A stretch of 64,000 bases of DNA, taken from Mobula hypostoma. Lineage: Eukaryota. The stretch covers positions 135,658,001-135,722,000 of the forward strand of contig NC_086097.1 of assembly GCF_963921235.1 (NCBI RefSeq). The letters run 5' to 3'. Positions 37,179-48,619 of this stretch are shown here, one piece after another; position 1 is the stretch's first letter, and every line of letters begins with the position of its first letter. A program made the position numbers and the translations under genes. Below the pieces are notes generated by a model. The model saw nothing but the letters and a program-made list of their open reading frames with translations, was not told the origin of the DNA and did no database searches.

Positions 37179-37934
37179 GATGAGTGTCATCAATCAAACC
37201 ACCGATCTTGCCATGCCTCAGCTTTGCTGAATCGAGTTGCCTCCAGGTCAGCTCCAGCAACGCCAGCCTGGACTTGCTGCAACCGTCCTGCCTCGGCGAG
37301 ACTCCAGTCACACCGCAAAAATGCCAGCTCGTACGAGTGATTCTGCTCAACTCCGCCAGGGAAGCTGCAGGCCGCTATTTGCAGCGATTGCTTACTAGAA
37401 AAAGTGTGAATAACTAAGTTTTTTTTTGTTTCGTTGGTCACCAGTAAGTTTCCACTCAAGCCAGTAATTAGCACCATCTTAAACAGGAAGCCGATTCTTC
37501 TGTACTGTTCTGTGCATTTGTACACATCAGTAGCACGGTGGCCACGCAGGCGGCCGTCTGGGGTGATATACTGCTACACATCAGAGCAATATTCCTATGC
37601 TCCATTTCAACATGCCAGAGCTCTGCTTCCTCCACTCCTTTTAATCTCACCAGTATCCCACTCCCACGCTCACCTTCAATCCAACAGAGTTAAGTTCCCT
37701 TGCTCACTTTGAAACTCGCTGGGGTCCTTTTTTGCCCTGCTCTCTTTAAATTCCCTTGGTTCACTATTGTGAGCCTCTAAAAGGTTTTGAATTAAGTCTG
37801 TAGCAGAATTAATTTTTAAAATTCCAATACTCCTGAATGTCTACCAGTCCATTAAGTCCATTAGCACCCGATTCCCCTGGGTGGAGTTTTGGTGTACAGT
37901 ACCATGTGTTGTGCTGGAACATTTGCTTTTTACT

Positions 37935-38260
37935 TGTGTTTTGAACATGGCCCCGTCCACTGACTCGGAACAGTCCCATAGCCACTCCAACTGACTCTTG
38001 TGAGCACCTCTTTGTTCTTGTCCTGGCTGTTTAGCCTCTGCCTGTATGCTGGTAGGAGGAGGAAAGCCAGATGATCAGATTTCCTGAAATGTGATCTCGG
38101 GATGGAATGGTAGGCATTCCTGATCGCAGTGTAACAGTGGTCAAGTGTGTCAGGACCCCTCGTGCTGCAGGTGATGTGTTGATGATATCTCGGCAGAGAT
38201 CGCTTTAAAGCAAGCATGACTGAAGTCCCTGCCAATGATTTGAAAGGCATCAGGGTAGGA
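37935..38260 (-). mobile_element. Rex1/Babar endonuclease relic
   Basis: HQHITCSTRGPDTLDHCYT and HFRKSDHLAFLLLPAYRQRL (APE C-terminal LD and SDH motifs). Confidence 0.8.
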
Positions 38261-38446
38261 ATGTCTGTGACGTGTTGAGGCTCAGTCTACACCTGCTGAA
38301 TAGATTAATGAAGGGAGAGTGACAGATAGACAGACAAAGGGATATAGAAAAGCAGTGAAATGCAGTGGCAATAGTTGTAAAAGGAAAAGGAAACTATCTC
38401 AGCAGATCAGGCAGCATCTGTGGAGAGAGATGAACTGAGATAATGT

Positions 38447-39540
38447 TATAGATGGATAAATTTACTGCACACCTCCACGACTGCCTGTGACAAAGAATTC
38501 CATAGATTCACCACCCTCCTTATCTCTGTTCTAAAAGGATGCCCCTCTATTCTGAGGCTGTGTCCTCTAGTCTTTGATTTTCCCTCAATACGAAACATCT
38601 CCTCCACATCAACTCTGTCGAGGTCTTTCATCATTCAATTGGTTTCAATCAGATCACCTTTGATTCTTCAGAATTCTAGTGAATTCAAACCCAGAGCCAT
38701 CAGACGCTCTTCACATGACAAGCCATTCAGTCCTGGAATCATTTTTGTGACCCTCCTTTGAATCCTCTCCAGTTTCAGCACATCCTTTCTAAGATAAGGG
38801 GCCCAAACCTGCTCATAATACTCTAAGTGAGGCCTCACCAGTCCTTTATAAAGTTTCAACATTACATCCTTGCTTTTACATTCTGGTCCTCTTAAAGTGA
38901 ATGCTAACATTGCACTGGCCTTCCTCAACACAGGCTCAACCTGCAAACTAACCTTTAGGGAATCCTGCACAAGTCCCTTTTTTTGTATCTTCTCTCCATT
39001 TAGAAAAAGTCAACCCTTTCATTTCTTCTACTGAAGTGCATGACCATATACTTTCCAACACTGTATTCCATCTGCCATTTCTTTGCCTATTCTCCTAATC
39101 TGTCTAAGTCCTTCTGTAACCTCTCTACTTCCTCAAAATTACCTGATCGTCCATTTATCTTCATACCATCTGCAAACCTTGCAACAAAGCTATCAATTCC
39201 ATCATCCAAAATATTGACATATTACACGAAAAGAATTGTTCCCAACACAGACCCCTGTGGAAAACCACTAGTCATTGGCAGCCAGCCAGAGAGGGCTCCC
39301 TTTATTCCCACTCTTTGCTTCCTACCAATCAGCCACTGCTTTATCCATGCTAAAGTCTTTCCAGTAATACCATGGGCTCATAGCTTGCTAAGCAGCCTCA
39401 TGTGTGGCACCTTGTCAAAGGCCTTCTGAAAATCCAAGTACACAACATCAACTGATTCTCCTTTGTCTATCTGTCTTGTTACTTCTTCAAAGAATTCCAA
39501 TAGATTTGTCAGGCAAGATTTTCCCTTGAGGAAACCATGC
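38447..39540 (-). mobile_element. CR1 LINE RT fragment
   Basis: [11 protein letters not shown] region near 39400-39430; ORFs 38668-38970 (LVRPHLEY) and 38446-38634. Confidence 0.85.
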
Positions 39541-40254
39541 ACAGTGCATCCAAGTCGAACAAGGTAAAGCTATAACATTGTAGAATAAAATTCAACATCT
39601 ACAGATAAATTGCAGTGCTGGAACAAGCATGTAAGTTGGACTTTTGAACTTAATAATGTTGTTGGAGTATGTATGGGTGTTGGTAAGTCTGGAGTTGATA
39701 ATACTGGGACGGCCTAGGGTTGTGCACCTAATTACGGTGATTTTATCCACTACAACCACCTGCATGGGCCATTTTCTCACTGGTGCACTGGACCAGCCCA
39801 CACTGGCTTATTCTCTCATCCTTTCAGGTATAATATTAATAATTAGTGCAGTCTTAATTTCTAAAGAAATGCCAAATATATTCTATGCAAGCTAAATTAT
39901 TAAGCAATACAGTTAGTTCAGCTGAAGGAGCTTGCAAGCATCTACTTTACGTATAGTCCTACACAAGGACCCCTCTCTCCATGGCATTCTCTCCTTCTCC
40001 ACCCCCCCACCCCCAATCAGGCAGAAGATAGATAAGCTTGAAAACATGTTATTGTTTCTTTTTAATACTACATTGCTCAACCGGCGTGATGATCTACATG
40101 GATAGCATGCAAAGCAAAGTTTTTCACTGTAGCTCGGTGTACATAACAATAGTAAGCTAACCTGCCAATTTTATCCTTCAAAGAGTTGACCATCACTCTA
40201 ATCACTTTTGTCTTAACAAAAGCAGTTTATTTTAACAAGTGGAAGGGCGGGGAG

Positions 40255-40462
40255 CGTCGACTCAGACCATGAGAGGCCTGCGTCGGACATTTTCATGCTT
40301 TACAAGCTGCAGGTTGGAAGTCTGTGTGGGGCGCCATTCCCCGCACAGACACTAGAGCAATGTGTGATTAAGTGCCTTGCTCAAGGACACAAACACGTTG
40401 CCACAGCTGAGACTCGAACTAGCGACCTTGAGATCACTAGACAAACGCCCTAACCATTTGGC
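40255..40462 (-). mobile_element. tRNA-derived SINE
   Basis: Reverse-complement homologue of 11543-11745; B-box-like GTTCGAGTC. Confidence 0.8.
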
Positions 40463-41944
40463 AATCAGTCATATTTCTTCAGTCTACAAGATTTTATCAG
40501 TATTTTGGTGCTCTTGATGCGCCGTTGGCCCTATCTCAATAAAACTTCAGAGCAAATTAATAAGTTATTATAATGGACTTAGACTAAAATGTACGTCAGC
40601 ATTTTTGTTTCAACAGTTGGTGTGTAATTGCTCATTAGTTTTTCCTACAGCAGACTGGACACTTCAATGGAAATTGAACAAGAAGGGTCTGTTTCTGTGC
40701 TGTAACGCCCATTAAATCTCTATGACTCTATGATTCACAGACTCACGGACAAATATAGAATTGCCTAGAAAGCTTGAGTGAGTGCAATGGGAGTTCAACA
40801 TCTTATAATCATCATTGCACCAGAGAGGAAATGACTGGACAGCTTGGAAACTAAGACTAAGGGTATGATGCATGGATAAGTTGTAATTAAAATCCAGGAA
40901 ACAGCTTAGGTAATGGTGAATATCCCAGAGCTTTTACTAATAGCTCTAACTTACTGTAACTTAGGAAAGAAGAAAATTGGATCTATTTGTCTGGTTTAAT
41001 ATCCACCTTGCAAAATCTTGAATGTGGGCAACTTTATTGTCCTTTTTGGCTTTCCTCATAGTGTGGTAATTAATTGTTAGTTCCTCTGTGTGAATTATAC
41101 ATGGGAACCAAGAACAGATGGAAGCCTTTCAGCCCCTCCAGTCAATGAGATCATGGCCAAACTCCATAGTCTTTCCTTTTTCCTATATCTCTTCACATCA
41201 TTCTCAAAATCATGGCAGGGGTTGTAGCAGCTTGTAAGTTCCATTTTGGGTGGTGGGAGAAAACTAGCCTACCAAATGGAATGGAGTCATTAGCCAGGTA
41301 ATTTGTCTTTTGGTCAAAGGATGAATTGGTATTGGTTTACTATTGTCACGTGTACAGAAATACAATTAAAAACTTTATTTTGCATGCCATCCATACAGAT
41401 CATTTCACAACACAACTACACAAAATTAACAAGGATGTTGAGGGACTGAGCAACGGGAAGAGTTCAGACATGCTAGGACTTTATTCACTGGAGTGTAGAA
41501 CAATGAAGGGTGACCATATAGACAATCTATAAAAACATAGACGGGGGTAATAAACTCAATCTTTTTCCAGTGCTGGGGAATCAAGAGCAAGTGGGCATAG
41601 GTTTAAGGTGAAATGGAAAGGACTGAATAAGAATTTGAGAGGCAATGTTTTTACATGAATGGTGGCATGCATATGGAATGAGCTGCCAGAGAAAATGATT
41701 GGGGCAGATACAATAACAAATTTTAAAAGACATCAGAAGGTTAAGTGCAAATGTTGGCAAATGGGACCAGCTTGTATAGGCATCTTGTTCGGAAAGGGCT
41801 CGTTGGGCTGAAGGGTTTGTTCCCGTGCTGTATAACTCTGTGAACCCAATATCAAGGTATGAAAGGAAAAGTAATAATAGAATGCAAAATATAGTGTTAC
41901 AGTACAGAGAAAGTGCAGTGCAGGTAAACATTAAGGAGCAAGGT

Positions 41945-42490
41945 ACAAGGTACTTCCTCTACCTAATAAAGTTGCCACTGAGAATATGTTTGTGGTCTTC
42001 TGCTGATATAGCCCATCCACTTCAAGTTTCAACTTGTTGTCTGTTCAGAGATGATTGACTGCACAGCAGTGTTGTAACATGCCGTCACTGGAGTTACAGG
42101 CGCCTTCCTGTATCAGCTTCAACCAGTCTGGCTGTTCTCCTGTGTTCTCTTTCATTAACAGGTCACTTTTTCTCACAGAATTGCCACTCACTGGATGTCT
42201 TTTTTTGCGTATTGCAGCAATCTCTGTAAACTCTAGAGACTACTGTGGATGAAAATCTCAGGAAACCAACAGTTTGTGAGATATTCAGACGACACCTTCT
42301 GCCACCAACAAACATTCCATGGTCAAAGTCACTTAGATCACATTTCTTCCTCATTCTGATGTTTGGTCTTAACAACAACTGAACCTCTTGATCATGTCTG
42401 CTTTTATGCATTGAGCTGTTGCCATGTGATTGGATGATCGATATTTGCACTAATGTACAGGTGTAGCTAATAAAGTGGCCACTGAGTGTG
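41945..42490 (-). mobile_element. Tc1-derived non-autonomous DNA transposon
   Basis: Terminal CACTCAGTGGCCACTTTATTAG; ORF 42163-42549 has KKCDLSDFDHGMFVGGRR and ISQTVGFLRFSSTVVSRVYRD (Tc1 N-terminal HTH). Confidence 0.8.
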
Positions 42491-44071
42491 AATATGCAAG
42501 ACATAAAAGTATGGTTGTGATTTTGTGTAAATGGCCTGAAGGTTGACATGAATGTAGAAGACTGGTTCTGTGCTGTAAGGCTCTATGAATGATGGCCAAG
42601 ACCTGAAGACACTTACTTTAGATGAGACAATCAGTTCTGGATCAGAAATATGCAAGACATAAAAGAGTATGTTTGTGATTTTGTGTAAATGTGTTATCGG
42701 GAGACCCATGTGGAAATCTAAGTAACAAGACTGAAGCCATAAGCAAAGACTTCACAGGTTGGGAGAGATGTGAATTCAAATGATTCGAAGTCCACTTATT
42801 ATCGAAGTATGTATGCAGTATACAACGCTGTGATTCAATTTCCCCACAGATAGCCACGAAACAAAGAACCATGGAACCAACCCGTTCAAAGAAAAAAGAG
42901 CATTAAACTACCCCCTTTCCCCTACACGCGAATAAAGGAGATATCATTTGGATACGAGGACCTTCCCTCAGGAGCAGTGAGTGAGAGGGAGAGAAAGACC
43001 ATCATAATGGCAAATGCCAAAGACAAGAGGAAGCTCAGACAAGATCATGAACAGATTCAGATGGAAAATTAGCAGGTAACTGGCATGCAACAATGTATCA
43101 GAGGACTGACTGTGCAAACAGGGCAAATGACTCCAAGCCAGACATAATCTACACAGTGCCTGTTGCTAGCATTTTATTCACTAGAGTGTAGAACAATGAA
43201 AAGGGATCTTAAAATCATGAGGGGCATGAATAGAATGAATGAACTCAGTTTTTTTTCCCATGCCTGTGAATCAAGGACTAGAGGGTATAGTCTTAAGAAG
43301 AGAAGGGAAAGACTTAAGGGGAGTTTGAAAGGCATGTATGTGGAATGTCAAATGTCGAATGAAACTTATTGTGTTTATGAGCTGGGGGAAGACTATGGAG
43401 ATGCACAAACCAGGTTGAGATTCTTCTGAGTCAACTATGAGCACAGTGCTAATTGCTTTGTACAATGTGGCTAAGCAAGTCAAAGCAGGCAACAGGACCT
43501 CCAAACTTGGTGAAGGCCTCAGTAACAATCTGAGTTGAATCACAGTCTAGCGTTTGTTGCATCAGAGTCTAGAGATGGTTGCATCACAGCCTGATATGGA
43601 AATACCAATACCCAGGAATGGGAAAAGTCTGCAGAGAGTGCTAGATTCAGCCCTGTCCATGACGGGCAAAGCCCTCCCCACCATTCACCACATTTATAAG
43701 GAGTGCTACCACAAGAAAGCTGCATTCATTATCAAGGACACTCACCATTCCGGCCGTGCTCGCCTCTCACTGGGTAGGAGATATAGGAGCCTTAGGTCCC
43801 ACACCAACCAAATTCAGGGACAGTTACCAGCCTATAACCATCAGGCTCCTGAACTGGTGTGGTTAGCTTCACACACCTCAACTCTGAGCTGAATCTGTAC
43901 CTTCAAGGACTCTATAACTCATGTTTTCAGAATTAATTATAATATCATCTTTTGCACTGGTTGTTATTTTTATTTATAGTTTTTCACAAACTCTATTACA
44001 TCTCTTTACTTTCTTATAAATGCCTGCAAGAAAATGAATCTCAAGATAGCACAGTCTGTGTTACATATCAA

Positions 44072-44900
44072 TACACTATTGGCTGCTTTATTAAGTGTAC
44101 TGTACACTTGCTCATTAATGCAAATATCTCATCAGCCAATCATTGGCAGCAACCTGGTGGTGCCATAGGGCTCCACGACAGCATTGCGGTTAGGGCCATG
44201 CTATCGCAGCTCAGGGAGTCGGAATTCAGAGTTCAATTCTGACACCGTCTGTAAGGAGTCTATACGTTCCTCCCTGTGACTATGTGCGTTTCCTTTGGGC
44301 GTTCCATTTTCCTCCCACAGTGCGGTAGGTTAATTAGTTATTGTAAGTTATCCTGGTATTAGGCTAAGGTTAAATAAGTGGGTTGCTCAGCTGTGAGGCT
44401 TGTTGGGCAGGAAGGGCCTGTTCCACATTATATCTCTGGACAAATTAATAAAAACAAATAAACTCAATGCATTAAAGCATGCAGATGTGGTCAAGAGGTT
44501 CAGTTGTTGTTTGGACCAAACATCAGAATGGGGAAGAAGAGTGCCAGACAGGGGGGTTTGAGTACCTCAGAAACTGCTGTACTCCTCAGATTTTCACAGA
44601 CAACATTCTCTACAGTTCACAGAGAATGGTATGAAAAAGACATCCAGTGAACGGCAGTTCTGTGGTTGAAAATACCTGGTAATGAGAGAGGGCAGAGGAG
44701 GCCAGACTGGTTCAAGCTGACAGGAAGGCAACAGTAACTCAAGTAACCACACATTACAACAGTGGTGTGCAGAGGAGCATGTCTGAACGCATAACAACAT
44801 TGGACCTTGAAGTGGATGGGCTACAGCAGCAGAAGACCATGAACATACACTCAATGGCCACTTTATTAGGTACAAGAGGCTAACAAATCAGCCACTGAGT
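44072..44900 (+). mobile_element. Tc1-derived element (same family), interrupted by a V-SINE
   Basis: Inverted homologue of 41945-42490, including TACACTCAATGGCCACTTTATTAGGTAC. Confidence 0.75.
44160..44460 (+). mobile_element. V-SINE (HE1-like)
   Basis: tRNA-like head, degenerate V domain (GTTTCCTTTGGGCGTTCCATTTTCCTCCCACAG), GAAGGGCCTGTTCC 3' end. Confidence 0.65.
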
Positions 44901-46270
44901 TTACTTTGATTTTAAATTCGCTTTGACTTTGAAAGGAAAAGCAGGAGGACTGGTGGATAACGGATAACAAGAACATACAATTATTGATCTGTACTCATGA
45001 GTACGTGCCAAATGGGTAAAGCTCAATGTGCATTCTACTGTATATAATTCTAATTGAAATTAGAATTGGTTTATTATTGTCTCATGTACTGTAATACAGT
45101 GAAAAACTTGTCTAACACACTGTTTATTCAGGTCAGATCATTACACAGTGCGTTGAGGTAGAATAAAGTGTAACAGGTACAGAGGAAGTGCATTGGCGAT
45201 AAACAATAAGGTGCAAGGTAATAATGAGGTAGATTGTGAGGTCAAGAGTCTACCTTATTGTATTATGGAACCATTCAATGGTTTTATAAAAGCCAAACTT
45301 CCTTCGCTTCCTGAGGAAGTCAAGGAAATAGAGGTGTTGGTGAGATTTCTTGGTCATGGAGCCTGTGGTTGGACCTGGACAGGTATTGGTGATGTTCACT
45401 CTTAGGAACATTATGTTTTAACCAATTATATCAAAGTTCAAAGTAATTTCAAAGTGAATTTATTATCAAAGTACATATATGTCACCTTACACTACCTTGA
45501 GATTCATTTTCTTGTAGGCATTCATAACAGAACAAAGAAATATGATAGAATCAATGAAAAACTACAGGCGGAAACTCTTAAACAAGCAATGTGCAGAAGA
45601 AGAACAACTGTGTAAATACAATAAATAAATAAAAAATAAACAACAAAAACATACATTAAATAAATAAGTTGATCAGATAAATGAATAGTAGAGTTCTTGA
45701 AAGTGAGTCCAAAGTTTGTGGAATCAGTTCGGAGTTGATGTGAGTGAAATTATCCTCGCTGCTTCAGGGGCCTGATGGTTGAAGGGTAATACCTACTCCT
45801 GAAGCTGGTGGTATAGGACCTAAGGCTCCTTCACAATAGCAGCAGCAAGAAGAGAGCTGACCTGGATGGTGGAGGTCCTTAAATTGTCTGCTGCTGTCTT
45901 GTGGTAGTGTTCCCTTTCGATGTGCATGATGGTGGGGAGGGCTTTGCCTGTGATGGGCTAGGCTGTATCTACCACTCTTTGTAGGCTTTCCACATTCCTG
46001 CCCCAATATTTCTTTTGAGATGTGAACATTTATTAAACTTATTCCTGGAACATTAATAGGATTGTTTCTAACAACTATTCCTGTGAACTCAAAGAACTTG
46101 ATCAAATCAGAGAGGTAGCACCCTGTGGAGCGTAAAACCACACTGGGATGACAAACTAAACACAGATCTCTCCACAATTTCATCAACATAATGATAAAAG
46201 AAATTTCTTACGTATTTGTTTGAACACCACTTCTATTTCTATTCCTCATTGATAGATTAGCCATACGATT

Positions 46271-47535
46271 GGGGCAGCACGGTAACACAATACAGGCGAC
46301 CTGGGCTCAATTCCTGCTGCCCACTGTTTGTACCTTCTCCCCATGACCGTGTGGGTTTCCTCCGGGCGCTCCGGTTTATAGACAATAGACAATAGACAAT
46401 AGGTGCAGGAGTAGGCCATTCAGCCCTTTGAGCCAGCACCGCCATTCACTGTGATCATGGCTGATCATCCACAATCAGTACCTTTTCCTGCCTTCTCCCC
46501 ATATCCCTTCACTCCGCTATCTTTAAGAGCTCTATCTAACGCTTTTTTGAAAGAATCCAGAGAATTGGCCTCCACTACCTTCTGAGGCAGAGCATTCCAC
46601 AGAACCACAACCCTCTGTGTGAAAAAGTTTTTCCTTAACTCCATTCTAAATTGTCTACCCCTTATTCTTAAACTGTGACCTCTGGTTCTGGACTCCCCCA
46701 ACATCGGGAACATGTTTCCTGCCTCTAGCTTGTCCAATCCCCTAATAATCTTACATGTTTCAATCAGATCCCCTCTCATCCTTCTAAATTCCAGTGTATA
46801 CAACCCCAGTTGCTCCAATCTTTCAACATATGACAGTCCCGCCATCTCGGGAATTAACCGCGTGAACCCACGCTGCACTTCCTCAATAGCTAGAATGTCC
46901 GTCCTCAAATTTGGAGACAAAAACTGTACGCAATATTCCAGGTGTGGTCTCACCAAGGCCCTGTACAACTGCAGAAGGACCTCCTTTCTCCTATACTCAA
47001 CTCCCCTTATTATGAAGGCCAACATGCCATTAGCTTTCTTCACTGCCTGCTGTACCTGCATGCTTACTTTCAGTGACTGATGAACAAGGACACCTAGATC
47101 TCATTGTACTTCCCCTTTTCCTAACTTGGCACCATTCAGATAGTAATCTGCCTTCCTGTTCTTGCCACCAAAGTGGATAACCTCATATTTATCCACATTA
47201 AACTGCATCTGCCGTGCATCTGCCCACTCACCCAACCTGTCCAAGTCACCCTGCATTCTCATAACATCCTCCTCACATTTCACACTGCCACCCAGCTTTG
47301 TATCATCGGCAAATTTGCTAATGTTACTTTTAATTCCTTCATCTAAATCATTAACGTATATTGTAAATAGCTGCGGTCCCAGCAGTTTCCTCCCACAGTC
47401 CAAAGACATACCAGTTGGTAGGTTAATTGGTCATTGTAAATTGTCCCCTGATTGGGCTAGGGTTAAATTGGGGGTCGCTGGGTGGAGCAGTTCGAAGGGC
47501 TGGAAGGGCCTATTCCACATTGTATCTCAATAAAT
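46271..47535 (+). mobile_element. V-SINE (HE1-like) split by a CR1 insertion (46271-46377 + 47385-47535)
   Basis: V domain GTGGGTTTCCTCCGGGCGCTCCGGTTT | GTTTCCTCCCACAGTCCAAAGAC with GTTT duplicated. Confidence 0.85.
46378..47384 (-). mobile_element. 5'-truncated CR1 LINE
   Basis: ORFs 47101-47409 ([13 protein letters not shown]) and 46465-47061; (CTATTGT)n tail. Confidence 0.93.
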
Positions 47536-47762
47536 GGAAAAAAGTAAGTTCCATCAGCTGTCCTTAGGGAATACACAGGATCTTGGAAAATGAATAGATA
47601 TTGGAGTCATGGGAACAAGTACACTCCAGACAATTCCTTCTGCCTCACAGCATTCTAATTCAGAAATGCAAGATCCATGGCTGACAAGACTTAGAGAACC
47701 TAATTGCATAGCTCATTTCCTTTCAGAACTGCAGCTCATTCATCTAGATTCTCTAGGCTAGG

Positions 47763-47872
47763 GCTTCTCACCTCTGAGTCAGAAGGTTATGAGTCCAAAG
47801 AATCATGCTGGTGTTCCCAGTGCAGTACCAAGGGAATATCACAGTGTCAGTGATGTTATCTTTGAAATGAGC
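47763..47872 (+). mobile_element. DeuSINE (SacSINE1-like) 5' fragment
   Basis: CTCACCTCTGAGTCAGAAGGTTATGAGTCCAA tRNA-like head followed by CCCAGTGCAGTACCAAGGGAAT...TCTTTGAAATGAG. Confidence 0.6.
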
Positions 47873-47879
47873 CAAAAAA

Positions 47880-48530
47880 AAAGCCCTCTGGAGGAATCTG
47901 ATGAGTCAGACAGCGTCTGCGGAGGCAGAGGGGTGGTTGATGTTTCGGGCTGAAAGAGTAAAGGAGGATGGTCAGGAGAGGGGAGAAGCAAGAGCTGACA
48001 GATGATAGGTGGATCCTGGTGAGGATAGCTTGATGAGTAGATGGAGCCTGATAGGGGAGGGAAGGCTGGAGATGGTGACCGAGGCTGGGAGGTGATGTGG
48101 AGATAACCAGGGCTGCAGAAGATGCAACCTGATAAGAAATGAAGATGGTGGTTGGAACCAGGTTAGAGAGGGATGCGGGGTAGATGTGGACTGGAGGGAG
48201 AGAGAGAGGGAGAGGGGATCCAGTGAGTGAGTCTGTAGATATTGGTCAGGTGGAACCAGGTGGGGAGGGGAAGGGAACTGGGAAACAGAGGGCTGGATGG
48301 GAAGGTATTTGGAAAGAAGATAAGCTGGAGGACCTGGATAGATCAGGTGGAGAGATAAAGTTATGGGGGGGGGGTGTAAATTACCTGAAACTGGAGAATT
48401 CAATGATCATGCCAATGGATTGGAGACTACTCAGGTGGAACATGAGGAGCTGTTGTTCTGGTCTGTTCTGGGCTTGCTCCAGCTGTGGAGGAAGTTATGG
48501 ACAAACAAGTCAGTGGGAATGGGGAGGGAG
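47880..48530 (-). mobile_element. Penelope-like retroelement 3' relic
   Basis: - strand encodes EQQLLMFHLSSLQSIGMIIEFSSFR* (GIY-YIG endonuclease C-terminal type), then pyrimidine-rich UTR, partial hammerhead CAGCCCGAAACATCAAC and the short-element body. Confidence 0.7.
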
Positions 48531-48619
48531 GTCTGTATAGTTTCAAGATGACCATTGCGGGGAGACTGGAGGTTTTTTTCTCCTGTTTGTGGATTCCTGC
48601 TATGTCTAGCTTGATTGTC

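Noticed and set aside
47972..48540. 143-aa Pro/Ser/Leu-rich and 118-aa Gly-rich ORFs
   Set aside because: Compositional artefacts of the purine/pyrimidine-skewed Penelope UTR.
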